DNA from: a virus
Taxonomy: Duplodnaviria; Heunggongvirae; Uroviricota; Caudoviricetes
DNA: 53,176 bases
Reading direction: 5' to 3' (one strand)
Virus record (IMG/VR): IMGVR_UViG_2737471835_000006
Numbering within the stretch: position 1 is the stretch's first letter; every line of letters begins with the position of its first letter. The translations under genes were made by a program, and so were the position numbers. The notes beneath the pieces are model-generated. The model was given only the letters and a program-made list of their open reading frames with translations, was not told the origin of the DNA and did no database searches. This document shows positions 28,580-37,858 of this stretch, one piece after another.

Positions 28580-29245
28580 TTATTTTTTATGATTAACTTG
28601 CTTTGCTAAAGAGCTATAAATCATATCAACCAAAACATATTTTTCGCATTCCCAAGGTTCACTAATAGATGGGTTTACTAAGTCTGGCTTCCCCCCCATT
28701 AGTGTATGAACATGCGAATAAATACCTATTCTTTCTGCGAGCTGCATTATTTTTATTTGATGTTCTGGTGGGAGCATTTTGTTTTTAAACCATGTTGTAA
28801 ATATATGCTTGGTAAGTTCCTTAGTACAAACAAACCATTCACCTTGACGTCTTTCGTTGCTAAATTTTTCATGAAGATAGTTTTCTTTTTCTGAACCACC
28901 TGGTTCCAAAGCGTGTAATATTAATTGACCAAATGCACCTGTCTGCAGGTTAGACAACCTTTTTAGCACATTATTGGAACGCCCTATTTTCACATAAAGT
29001 CCCGAGTAAGGGTTATTTTTATCTGAAGAACCGGCCCAAGTATCAGGCACTTGTAAAATATAATAAATACTACTTACTTTCCCACTCGATACATTATTTG
29101 CCCAAATCTGCCATTCTTCCATCCAGCTTTTTGCATCTTCTCTCGTGTCAAAGGCATGACTTGTATAGTAAAATTCACCAGTATCCAAGAACATATCGAA
29201 AACATATTTGCCATTCTCTATAATTCTTAAGTTGTCGGCTTTCAT
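28580..29245 (-). CDS. T5orf172 / GIY-YIG-superfamily domain protein
   Basis: 221 aa; central GLYVKIGRSNNVLKRLSNLQTG ... ENYLHEKFSNERRQGEWF matches the T5orf172 (Mug113-like) signature; AT-rich gene with large AT-rich upstream region. Confidence 0.55.
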   Translation of the reverse strand: MKADNLRIIENGKYVFDMFLDTGEFYYTSHAFDTREDAKSWMEEWQIWANNVSSGKVSSIYYILQVPDTWAGSSDKNNPYSGLYVKIGRSNNVLKRLSNLQTGAFGQLILHALEPGGSEKENYLHEKFSNERRQGEWFVCTKELTKHIFTTWFKNKMLPPEHQIKIMQLAERIGIYSHVHTLMGGKPDLVNPSISEPWECEKYVLVDMIYSSLAKQVNHKK

Positions 29246-29449
29246 GGAAGTTTCTCACAAAGTTACAGGAATATATAAAAACTTTACTACGCTTAGTATA
29301 TATTACCACCTGATTATGTATTATTTGATTTACACAACTTATTGCTAGTAATAACGGTTTTGATGTAATCTTCTCATCCCAAACTAACCTTCAAAATAGA
29401 TTTAATCTAAATTATATCAAAATATGCTCTCAGTTAAGATGGCTTATTT

Positions 29450-29647
29450 TTAATCAGTTAGAGGATCAACCTGATTTTCTCTAATAAGATTTCGTAACGC
29501 AGTACGAGCAGCCGCGACTTCTGTCATTCCATTTAGAACCACGCTGGAATGCCCTCCTCTAACCCCAAAGACTGTGACCATATCCTCTTCACGGAAGTAT
29601 TCTGCTTCATACTGAAGGCCATCTTTCTCTACGCGAATATATGACAT
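29450..29647 (-). CDS. Hypothetical small protein
   Basis: 65 aa ORF upstream of the T5orf172 gene on the same strand. Confidence 0.3.
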   Translation of the reverse strand: MSYIRVEKDGLQYEAEYFREEDMVTVFGVRGGHSSVVLNGMTEVAAARTALRNLIRENQVDPLTD

Positions 29648-30273
29648 AACAACCTCATTTTATTATCTTTTGTTTGAATGATATATCCACAAAATAATTT
29701 AAGCAATCTCGCCCAAGACGGTACGCCAAGCTTGCCTTGTAAGTATACTGTAAATATTCCGATAAAACTAATCATTCGCTTTTAGCGCATGTCCAAAAAA
29801 TGGTTCAGGTATCCTATCGTGCCAATATTCGCTCCTCACTCATAGCGGCTTTCAGGCAAGTTAACTAGTCCGCTCGGTGCCATATAGAGCCATGGTTATT
29901 AACAGCAGGGAATAATTCCACACTGAAATTAAATGTCTACCTTTTACAGTAGAAATAGTTCCTCCAGGACACTATCCATTGCCGGGCACAATCACTCGGG
30001 GTATAACGATATAAAATATGTTCATGATAGTGCAGGTTCGTATATTAAGTTCAGCAGCGAAAACATGCCTTACAGGTTTCCGGTTTTGGGAGCGTCGTTA
30101 CAGGATCCTGTGCATACCGTTCCCATCTGTTGAATTAAAGGTTTCACAGCCTTTGCCGATATCACCTTTTACCTTGCCTGTGATGCGTTCAGTGCTCAGC
30201 GTTGTTTACTGTAGCTCTCGGAACTGATTACAGACCGCGTCTTAAAAACCAATCCTTACTCTAAAGGGAATTC

Positions 30274-31197
30274 ATGAGATTAAAATACTCAGTACTCTTA
30301 CTCGCCATTGCCCTTACAGGCTGTGATAACAAAAAAGATGAGATCGGTTGTTCTTCGGAAATGACCCAATCAGCTCTCATGGATTTATTAAAAAAATCTG
30401 CTTATGAAGGACTCTCTGAACAGGTCGATAAATACCCTGATGTCACTAATCAGACCAAACGAAGCACACTGGACAAGATCAAACTAGCCGTCTCTGAAAT
30501 CTCCACAACATCAAGTGACACGGGCAGCACAATGAAAACTTGTGAAGGGACCGTGACGATGACTCTACCTGCGAACGAGTACGTCCAGCTTTCTGATGCT
30601 TACAGAAAGAATTTTAATCGTAATCTCGATAAGCAAATGGAAAATCTGTTTTTGGAGAACAACGCAAACGCCTTTTCAAAACGTATCACCTACACCGTGC
30701 AGGCGACCGACGATCAGAAAAACGTTTTTGTAAAAACCTCTTCTGATAATCCGATATCAGTGGGCGCCGCTTTACTGACATCGCTTTCCATTATCAACCC
30801 GATCGTTGAGCAGCAGAAAATCCAGCAGGCTAAGGATGCCCAACAGAGTCAAATTGAAGCGGAACAACAGGTGCAACTCAGGGCACAGGAACAGGCCAGG
30901 TATGAGGCGGAGAAGCAAATAGAGAGGCAGGCACAACTTCAGCCGCAAAAAGCTGAAAGCCTTGATCAGTCCCGAATGGCATTTGCGAATGCTGACTCTG
31001 ATTTGAATACAGTCTGGGGCAGGTTAACGCCGGCGAAGAAAAAAGAGTTGCTGCCTTCTCAGCGTCAGTGGATCAAAACTAAGGATGCTATGTGCGGTAA
31101 AGTTTCAATGCAGGGAACAGATGCTGAAGTCAAGAAAATGGTCGACTGCCAGACGCAAATGACCCTTTCAAGAATCGCTTTCCTCAGAAACCAATAA
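30274..31197 (+). CDS. Lipoprotein with C-terminal DUF1311 (LprI-like) domain
   Basis: 307 aa; signal peptide and lipobox LTGC; Gln-rich coiled-coil middle; C-terminal NTVWGRLTPAKKKELLPSQRQWIKTKDAMC pattern. Confidence 0.5.
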   Translation: MRLKYSVLLLAIALTGCDNKKDEIGCSSEMTQSALMDLLKKSAYEGLSEQVDKYPDVTNQTKRSTLDKIKLAVSEISTTSSDTGSTMKTCEGTVTMTLPANEYVQLSDAYRKNFNRNLDKQMENLFLENNANAFSKRITYTVQATDDQKNVFVKTSSDNPISVGAALLTSLSIINPIVEQQKIQQAKDAQQSQIEAEQQVQLRAQEQARYEAEKQIERQAQLQPQKAESLDQSRMAFANADSDLNTVWGRLTPAKKKELLPSQRQWIKTKDAMCGKVSMQGTDAEVKKMVDCQTQMTLSRIAFLRNQ

Positions 31198-31268
31198 CTG
31201 AAGTTTCCTTCAAGCTGGCGCCTGGTGTTAACCTGGTGCCAGCTTAGTCATCAAGTACATACGTAACA

Positions 31269-31346
31269 GTTTTACATGGGCGGTACTTTGACAGAGTATT
31301 CGGCCTCGTGCTGGTTGTGACTAAATACCTTTTTAAGCGCAAATAG
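31269..31346 (+). repeat. Direct repeat copy 2 (degenerate duplicate of the 27140-27745 gene end)
   Basis: Matches 27667-27745 but carries a 1-nt deletion, so is out of frame; lies just downstream of the antirepressor-like gene stop. Confidence 0.85.
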
Positions 31347-31374
31347 AGTATAACCGCGCCAAACATTCAACCTG

Positions 31375-32169
31375 TCAAAATGCTGAATCAGCAACGGATA
31401 CAACCGACTTTTTCCCCATTACCATCAATTTATCCAGCGTCATACTTCGCAGGTTGTCGCTGTGGATCACCAGATACCCTGCCCGCTCAGCGATCTCTTT
31501 GAAAGCGTCAAACGTCATCAGATGTTCGCCTTTGGCAACATGGCGCATCCTGGTCACTTTTCCATTTTTGATAGTGGTGATAAAAGAAAAATCTGGAATG
31601 GTTGGCTGATTTTCATCGAGTAGCAGGCAGTGGATGTATTCAATCGCCTCTAACATTTGCGTCTGTGACAGTTGTTCTATGTGAGAGACGGCGAAGCGTT
31701 GATGAATCATGGTGTAGGCATCGGGATACATCATGCCTTTCTTACCGACCAGCATATTAACGGCATCACGTAAGGGAGTACGGTCATCGGTAGTTGTACT
31801 CCGCCTCTCTGGACGCTGTCTAAAATAACAATCTTCCAGCTTTTCGAAAACTTCCCAGGCCTGTTCTGTTTCCAGCATTTTGGCATGGCGAGCTGCGCCG
31901 CATTCTGTCCAGAGGATGAGAGAGCGGACATTTCTGGCGATTTTCACAGGAGGTCTTAAAGACATGCTGTGCTTAAATTCGCGCAACTCCTCACCTTCGA
32001 GCAAAAAGTAATGCTTCCCGACCACGAATCGCTCTGAGTTCCGGTTATGGTTTTTACGAATGTAATCCGGCTCTGTGCCATAGAGGTTCGCGAGTAATTC
32101 GGTGGTGAGGACGGGAAGTTGGTTGTGGATAATCGGGGAGATGGCTGCTGCGGATACTTGAGTTGTCAT
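31375..32169 (-). CDS. Phage antirepressor-like protein (ORF6N-type N-terminal domain)
   Basis: 264 aa; N-terminal LLANLYGTEPDYIRKNHNRNSERFVVGKHYFLLEGEELREFK resembles the ORF6N domain. Confidence 0.55.
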   Translation of the reverse strand: MTTQVSAAAISPIIHNQLPVLTTELLANLYGTEPDYIRKNHNRNSERFVVGKHYFLLEGEELREFKHSMSLRPPVKIARNVRSLILWTECGAARHAKMLETEQAWEVFEKLEDCYFRQRPERRSTTTDDRTPLRDAVNMLVGKKGMMYPDAYTMIHQRFAVSHIEQLSQTQMLEAIEYIHCLLLDENQPTIPDFSFITTIKNGKVTRMRHVAKGEHLMTFDAFKEIAERAGYLVIHSDNLRSMTLDKLMVMGKKSVVSVADSAF

Positions 32170-32441
32170 AGCGATTTCCTTTTAGTCGGATAATCACCCC
32201 CCTCAGGTGCAAATCTTTGGGTGGTGAGACATGCAGGGTTTGCACTACCGGCTAAAAGGACCCGGCGAGCCTTTCGACTCCCCTACACGCCCCACCATAA
32301 ATCGCGGATGTGGCTGTGCGCACGACAATAAAAAAGACGCTGGCGCGTCGTTGTCGCCTTTTAGATATCCGGGGTGCAAATCCCGGCAACCGATTTTGCG
32401 GCTGCGCGGAAACTATAGCCCCGGGCTTTTTCTAAGTCAAT

Positions 32442-32663
32442 TCAATCAACTTCAAACCTCCGGTGTTCACATTCCATACACTCAACGGGAACATCATCGC
32501 GATGCAAGTCCACATATCCGACCCGCTTATACAACTCAATAATGTCCGGTAACGTGACCAGATGTTTTTCCGGTTCCAACACCTCAGCCTTGGTTACTTT
32601 GTAATCTGAAATATAGAGCACTATCCGCCCGTTCCGTGGTAACTCCAGTTTATCGCCAAACAT
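32442..32663 (-). CDS. Hypothetical protein
   Basis: 73 aa ORF in the nin-like region. Confidence 0.3.
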   Translation of the reverse strand: MFGDKLELPRNGRIVLYISDYKVTKAEVLEPEKHLVTLPDIIELYKRVGYVDLHRDDVPVECMECEHRRFEVD

Positions 32664-32850
32664 GTCCTTTCCCTCCGGGAAACCAATGATATTGACGATA
32701 TTACACCCACAACGATTCGTTTTACGTCACTCCGCAATCACCATACATACGTACCAATCCGTACATTCCCACCACAAAAATGGCATTCGGCGGGCACTGG
32801 TAATGGATTTTTAACGCGTGCTATTGCCTTGCGACGTATTTTCAATTCAC

Positions 32851-33075
32851 TCATACAGCCTCCCTGCTCTCAAACGGGCGAATATTTGTTGGTTCTCCAC
32901 ACGGAATGGCCCAACCCAGCCAGGTGAATATTTTCAGGTCACACATCGCGTCATACTGCTCACCGGGGATAATGTCGATCATGCTGCATACAATTTCGTA
33001 TTGATCATTAACGGCACTCAACGCCACTTTGTCGTTAATAAATCGTGGAATAAATGCGAGTAAAATTTCGTTCAT
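32851..33075 (-). CDS. Hypothetical protein
   Basis: 74 aa; 4-nt overlap with the upstream gene. Confidence 0.3.
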   Translation of the reverse strand: MNEILLAFIPRFINDKVALSAVNDQYEIVCSMIDIIPGEQYDAMCDLKIFTWLGWAIPCGEPTNIRPFESREAV

Positions 33076-33305
33076 TTTTCTCGTTCCCCTCTCCAGTAAT
33101 TCAGTCGGTCCCTGAAAAACTCCCGGTAATTATCAGGAGTATTTTTCAACGCCTCTGTAACCGTGCCGCGTGGTATTCGTTTTTCGTATAACTGGCGAAT
33201 CAGCCCGGCGGCGCGCAAATCGTAATGTTCCAGTATTTGATACTCCTGCGGCCATGCTGCCCTGTTGTGTGGCAACCCAGCCGGGAGATAATCTGCGCCA
33301 GTCAT
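33072..33305 (-). CDS. Hypothetical protein
   Basis: 77 aa; overlapping stop/start with the upstream gene. Confidence 0.35.
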   Translation of the reverse strand: MTGADYLPAGLPHNRAAWPQEYQILEHYDLRAAGLIRQLYEKRIPRGTVTEALKNTPDNYREFFRDRLNYWRGEREK

Positions 33306-33706
33306 TATTTTTTGCCCTTCTTCCTGATGGGCTTCACGGTGTCGAGTAACAACCGGGTGCTGCCTGATGCGCCTAAGCGGTAACCTGTTTTTTTATCGTA
33401 GTTCTCCCTTACACCCGCAGACCACGCAGTCGCTGTTTCGCGGAGTTTTACTGTGCGCTCGCCAGTATTTTTAATAACAACGCCGGTATGTGTTTTGGCG
33501 GTCCCTGAGGTTATTTCTGCCGGGCGAATAACTGCTACGTGCTCAGGTTTTGCAATTACCACAACGTCAGTGTTTTTAGGTGGCGGGCAATATGTCGAGC
33601 GGGTACGTGCTCGCGCGGCTGCGTTCATGTGCCACAGAATTGAATCCAGGTAGTTTTTACCGTCGTCACTATAGTGTGCACTCGTGTGGTTAATTAATTG
33701 GGTCAT
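33305..33706 (-). CDS. Hypothetical nin-region protein
   Basis: 133 aa directly downstream of the helicase gene. Confidence 0.4.
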   Translation of the reverse strand: MTQLINHTSAHYSDDGKNYLDSILWHMNAAARARTRSTYCPPPKNTDVVVIAKPEHVAVIRPAEITSGTAKTHTGVVIKNTGERTVKLRETATAWSAGVRENYDKKTGYRLGASGSTRLLLDTVKPIRKKGKK

Positions 33707-33744
33707 TGGTCTTTCCTCGGTTATTTCACGCTGGTCAGGCGTGG

Positions 33745-35136
33745 TTAAAATGGGTCCGTATTAAAGTTTTTGTTTGAACACCGTTTTTCACGTTTTCTCG
33801 GTTGCTCTGCCTCCTTCTGGATGCGTATTTTTTCGCGCGCTACGTGTTGATCAACTGGCAGGAAATGCCCATTCCTGAATTCCTGATAAATAATTTCACC
33901 TGCCCCGCCAGAACGGTTTTTACCAATAATCACCTCAGCGATACCCTTTGCAGGTGAATCAGGTGTGTAAACGTCATCGCGATACAAAAACAAAATGCTG
34001 TCAGCATCCTGCTCAACACTGCCGGAATCGCGCAGGTCCGACATCACCGGGCGACGCTGGCCAGCAGGTCGAGAATCCACCTGGCGGGAAAGCTGGCTAA
34101 GAGCAAAAACAGGGGTATGCAGACGCATGGCCATAGTCTTCATGTTGCGGGAGATATGCCCCACAGCGAGATCGTGGCGCTCGGCCTTCGGTTTTTTGAT
34201 CAGGCCCATGTAATCAACACCAATCAGCTTCAGGTGCGGATAACGGCGTTTATGAGTCTCTGCAATGGCGCGGATCTGCTCAATCGTCAAATCAGTGGCA
34301 TCAACAATCCAGATATCGCGATCCTGCATGATTGCAAGCGCGGCGGTTAATCGAGACCAGTCCTCATCGTCCATTTCTTTTGGATTACGCAGACGCGATG
34401 AGGACATATTCCCAGCCCCGGCAACGGTACGTTCAACAATCTGCTGAGCGCCCATTTCCATGCTGAAAAACAGTGCGCCGCCACCATCTGCGGTAACGCC
34501 ATCGATAATCTTCAGGGTAAATTCCGTTTTCCCCATGCCTGGACGACCGGCAACCACAACAAGGTCGGTCATGTTGATACCGCCCAGGGCGACATCCAGA
34601 TCCTCGACTCCGGTTTTCAGCATCATTTCCTGCGCGTCACCAGACATCCGTTTATCAACGGTGTCAATGTAGAGCGGTAACAGCTCTTTGATGTGTACCG
34701 GCTGGACTGTGCCGGTAGCGGCGCTCATATCCAGCACCTGAGCAACATGAGATTCAATAACCTCATCACGCTGACTCTGGTTTACAGCGTTACGGATACC
34801 ATCCGCGCCAGATTGCAACAATGCCGCCATTTTGCGGCTCCGCCATGCCCGCACCATTTTCCCGGCATAGCCTTTCAGATTCGGTACCGTTGCCGGGATC
34901 CGGGATATTTGAGACAGATCCGCAAGGCTGGAACCGCCCAGCGCTTCGCTGATAAACAACATGTCGATCATGCCGTTCGCCAGTGCCTGCTTTTTGATTT
35001 CGCTGAAAGCGCGACGGTGAAACACGATGCTGAAGGCTTCCTCCGGAGTAGTGGCAATCACATCAAACGCGTCAGGCGTCGCGCCACCGTTAATCAGACC
35101 AGCGAGAACGATCGCTTCCAGTTCTTCTGGATTCAT
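33745..35136 (-). CDS. Replicative DNA helicase, DnaB family
   Basis: 463 aa; Walker A GRPGMGKT and DnaB C-terminal blocks (GVDYMGLI, SQLSR, DADSILFLYRDDVY). Confidence 0.85.
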   Translation of the reverse strand: MNPEELEAIVLAGLINGGATPDAFDVIATTPEEAFSIVFHRRAFSEIKKQALANGMIDMLFISEALGGSSLADLSQISRIPATVPNLKGYAGKMVRAWRSRKMAALLQSGADGIRNAVNQSQRDEVIESHVAQVLDMSAATGTVQPVHIKELLPLYIDTVDKRMSGDAQEMMLKTGVEDLDVALGGINMTDLVVVAGRPGMGKTEFTLKIIDGVTADGGGALFFSMEMGAQQIVERTVAGAGNMSSSRLRNPKEMDDEDWSRLTAALAIMQDRDIWIVDATDLTIEQIRAIAETHKRRYPHLKLIGVDYMGLIKKPKAERHDLAVGHISRNMKTMAMRLHTPVFALSQLSRQVDSRPAGQRRPVMSDLRDSGSVEQDADSILFLYRDDVYTPDSPAKGIAEVIIGKNRSGGAGEIIYQEFRNGHFLPVDQHVAREKIRIQKEAEQPRKREKRCSNKNFNTDPF

Positions 35137-36233
35137 AATGCTCCTTCCCTGGTTTTACGCAGTGTTTCTGGCTTCATCAGGTAATCAAACCCTGCCCGCC
35201 AGCCGGTGCGATATTCGCCGCCGAAATAGAAGTCTGGGGCGTTATCGCGGAATTTTTCGAAGTAGCCGATAAATGCGCCAAGAGTTTGCGTGCGCATATG
35301 TGCCAGCAGGCGCAGGATTGCCCGACGGCGGTCAGTATCAATTTCAGCTATAGGTAGCAGGTCGCCCAGAATCTCGTTGTAGCCCTTCACAACTTCAGCA
35401 GGGTCAACGGCAGCCTCAGCAGTGGCCCACGCCTCAGCGTCAGCCAGATATCCGTCAAACCGGTTTACGCGGCAAATGTTCGCAGGTTTCGGCACGCTTC
35501 CGCTACGACGGCGCCATGTCGCAATAACCCAACGAATTACTAACTGAATCTCAGCCACGCTGTAACCAGCGCGGGTGGTGGTGGCAGTCAGCAGCATGAC
35601 AAACGGTTTAACGTCGCGGCAGCGTGTACCGACTTTCTCGTTGTAGTAGTTCAGAGCTTTTTGAGCGTCAGCGAGAATGATTTCCTCGCCCTCCCCCTTT
35701 TGGGGGTAAGGGGGATCTTTTATCTCTGTAGTACTCTCTGTTGTATTCTCTGTAAGAGATTGGGTCATTTTGACCCTAGCGCATGGGTCAACTTGACCTG
35801 ATGCTTGGGTCACATTGACCTCTTCGATTGGGTCAACTTGACCTAATCGATTGGCCACAGGGAATGTTGTCTCTTCAATCTTACATAACTGGGCATAATT
35901 GATTGAATACCACTTGGTTTTATCCCAGGCATCACTGTTAAAGTTCCCAGTAAATACCACATTCAATTTTTCCAGATTGGCCAGCACGCGTTTTATTGTC
36001 GACTCGCTCCAGAACGGGAATTGTTCTTGCCAATCGGTCACACTGTTGTACACCCAGTGGCGATTTTCGAAGAAATTTTGAGATGAATTCAGCCAGTAGT
36101 GGATTTGCTGTAGAACGATGGCTTCATTCAACCCTATAGTGCATGCCAACGTGGGCAGGACCTGAAGGGGGTTTTCGTTAATCAGCAAACGACTCATACT
36201 CAGATCTCCAGAGCTTCGGCTATCTGACGACAA
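35133..36233 (-). CDS. Replication initiator (lambda O-like replisome organiser) containing the origin
   Basis: 366 aa; iteron array lies within the coding sequence; 4-nt overlap with the helicase gene. An alternative start at 36197 (MSRLL) sits 2 nt after the stop of the upstream small ORF. Confidence 0.65.
   Translation of the reverse strand: MSSDSRSSGDLSMSRLLINENPLQVLPTLACTIGLNEAIVLQQIHYWLNSSQNFFENRHWVYNSVTDWQEQFPFWSESTIKRVLANLEKLNVVFTGNFNSDAWDKTKWYSINYAQLCKIEETTFPVANRLGQVDPIEEVNVTQASGQVDPCARVKMTQSLTENTTESTTEIKDPPYPQKGEGEEIILADAQKALNYYNEKVGTRCRDVKPFVMLLTATTTRAGYSVAEIQLVIRWVIATWRRRSGSVPKPANICRVNRFDGYLADAEAWATAEAAVDPAEVVKGYNEILGDLLPIAEIDTDRRRAILRLLAHMRTQTLGAFIGYFEKFRDNAPDFYFGGEYRTGWRAGFDYLMKPETLRKTREGAL
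35761..35843. repeat. Origin iterons: four copies of TGGGTCA-N3-TGACC at about 22 bp spacing
   Basis: Read directly: tgggtcattttgaccc / tgggtcaacttgacc / tgggtcacattgacc / tgggtcaacttgacc inside the O-like gene. Confidence 0.7.
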
Positions 36234-36424
36234 CCGGCTTCATAGTCCGCATTGCTCAGCCCTTTGTCGCGCAACTCGACCTTCCTGGATTCATACTGCT
36301 CCCACACCGAAAGCGCGGCAGCCATACGCCCATCAAAAATAGGTTGGATCTCTGCAACATGTGCCGGGCGCCCATTCAGGTGCCAGCCGTTACGCCAGGT
36401 AATGCGGTCAATATGTCTTAACAT
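36200..36424 (-). CDS. Hypothetical small protein upstream of the initiator
   Basis: 74 aa; stop lies 2 nt before the alternative O start. Confidence 0.35.
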   Translation of the reverse strand: MLRHIDRITWRNGWHLNGRPAHVAEIQPIFDGRMAAALSVWEQYESRKVELRDKGLSNADYEAGCRQIAEALEI

Positions 36425-36463
36425 CGGTCTTTCCTCGGTATAAGTTAAACGCTGGTCAGGCGC

Positions 36464-36940
36464 TCATGCATGGTGGTCTTGCGCAGTGCGTATCACTGCT
36501 CCTCGCGTCGCTACCAGCGCCGCTATTGCTTCGTCAATTTCCTGGATAGTTAACTCTGGCGCGAAGTGGAGATGTACAGCGTTAATCGCTTCCACCCCTT
36601 CTTTTGCCGCCAGCGTTGCCAGCAAAACGGGATCGCCCGGCGACTCCAGACGCGCCCGCCGTTCTGCGGGTAGCACGGCTTTCATCACACTGGCCAGCAC
36701 CTGAGTTTTTCGGCGCGCCGCCGTTGTCTCGCCACGTAACCAGCGAAAGATTTTCTGCCGATTGTTGTTGATGGCTCTCCAGTCCACATTGCCGTCCGCG
36801 TCCTCAAATTCATGTAGTCTCAACTCATCATTGCGTCCCTGACTGAACCAGGCCCGGCAGATTTCAATCGTGACGAGTTCCTGCCCAGCCCTTGCCGCCC
36901 AGGTCAAAATCTCTTTTCGTAATTCCTCTGGGTTTTCCAT
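36464..36940 (-). CDS. Early-right operon protein (cII position; possibly YdaT-like)
   Basis: 158 aa between cro-like and replication genes; contains QKIFRWL, recalled from YdaT-type proteins, but this is uncertain. Confidence 0.4.
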   Translation of the reverse strand: MENPEELRKEILTWAARAGQELVTIEICRAWFSQGRNDELRLHEFEDADGNVDWRAINNNRQKIFRWLRGETTAARRKTQVLASVMKAVLPAERRARLESPGDPVLLATLAAKEGVEAINAVHLHFAPELTIQEIDEAIAALVATRGAVIRTAQDHHA

Positions 36941-36999
36941 AGCGTCTCCTGTCGCTAAAAATTGATTACGCTTAATCAGATGTAATAAGCCGCCCTTTG

Positions 37000-37197
37000 C
37001 TAAGCTTTTTCATGTTTTGGAACATCGTAAAAAGTCGGGTCATATTTCAGTGCTCCGTTAGTGATATGGTCGAGTCGAGCAGCTCGCTTTTCAGGAACTG
37101 TTGCCCCCCAACGAGTAACCGCCACTTGAGATATACCCAGCACCTTGGCTGTGGCTGTCTTTGAACCAAAAAAACTAATAACCGTCTCTGTTTTCAT
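37000..37197 (-). CDS. Cro-like HTH regulator
   Basis: 65 aa; HTH segment TATAKVLGISQVAVTRW; strong SD GGAGGG; divergent from the repressor gene. Confidence 0.6.
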   Translation of the reverse strand: MKTETVISFFGSKTATAKVLGISQVAVTRWGATVPEKRAARLDHITNGALKYDPTFYDVPKHEKA

Positions 37198-37209
37198 AAT
37201 CCCTCCACG

Positions 37210-37260
37210 TAACTTTTGTTAGCAAAATAAATACTAACGAAAGTTATGTCAAGTTAACTT
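37210..37260. promoter_or_regulatory. Operator region of the repressor/cro switch
   Basis: 15-bp inverted repeat TAACTTTTGTTAGCA / TACTAACGAAAGTTA separated by 7 bp, plus palindrome AAGTTAACTT. Confidence 0.55.
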
Positions 37261-37265
37261 ATATT

Positions 37266-37679
37266 ATGAGGATGAAGAATTTGATGCTTAGCGACCGTTT
37301 ATCTCAAAGACGCAAACAGCTTGGTCTAACCCAACAACAGCTTGCTGATATGGTTGGAAGATCGAGTGTGAGCGTTTTTAAATGGGAAAGCGGACAAAAT
37401 GAACCAAAAGGTCAGAACTTGCTGGCTTTGGCCAATGCACTTAAGTGTTCTGCCACATGGCTGCTTTTTGGTGACGAAGACCAGGCGCCAACTCCGGTAG
37501 ACGAATTACCAACAGAGCTGGATTCACGTCAAAAAAGATTGTTAGAGTTATTTGATTCATTACCCGAGTCAGAAAAAGAAAAGCAACTAATTGAATTAGA
37601 AGATAAAGTTGAAAACTTTAATCGTTTATTTGAAGAGTTACTGGTTACCAGAAAGAAACTAACCCCCATCAAAAAATAA
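37266..37679 (+). CDS. XRE-family HTH repressor (CI-like) lacking a LexA-type peptidase domain
   Basis: 137 aa; HTH LTQQQLADMVGRSSVSVFKWESG; acidic C-terminus; start codon choice among the first three Met is uncertain. Confidence 0.7.
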   Translation: MRMKNLMLSDRLSQRRKQLGLTQQQLADMVGRSSVSVFKWESGQNEPKGQNLLALANALKCSATWLLFGDEDQAPTPVDELPTELDSRQKRLLELFDSLPESEKEKQLIELEDKVENFNRLFEELLVTRKKLTPIKK

Positions 37680-37682
37680 AAT

Positions 37683-37718
37683 AAAGGCAATGTTTTCAAT
37701 GCATTGCCTTTATTTTTA
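37683..37718 (+). terminator. Rho-independent terminator after the repressor gene
   Basis: 10-bp stem AAAGGCAATG/CATTGCCTTT followed by ATTTTT. Confidence 0.7.
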
Positions 37719-37858
37719 CCCCAAATACTAACTTTTGTTATAAAACACCTTGCGCATAAAATTACCTTTAGTTATATTCATTCCATCAACAACGCTTACC
37801 CAGCGGCAGTTGTTCAGAAAAACGTTCCGCTACCCGGCGTTAAGGGAAAGGAGAAGAG

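Noticed and set aside
33995-35272. Plus-strand ORFs of 70-163 aa antisense to the DnaB-like and O-like genes
   Set aside because: Contained within strongly supported replication genes on the minus strand.
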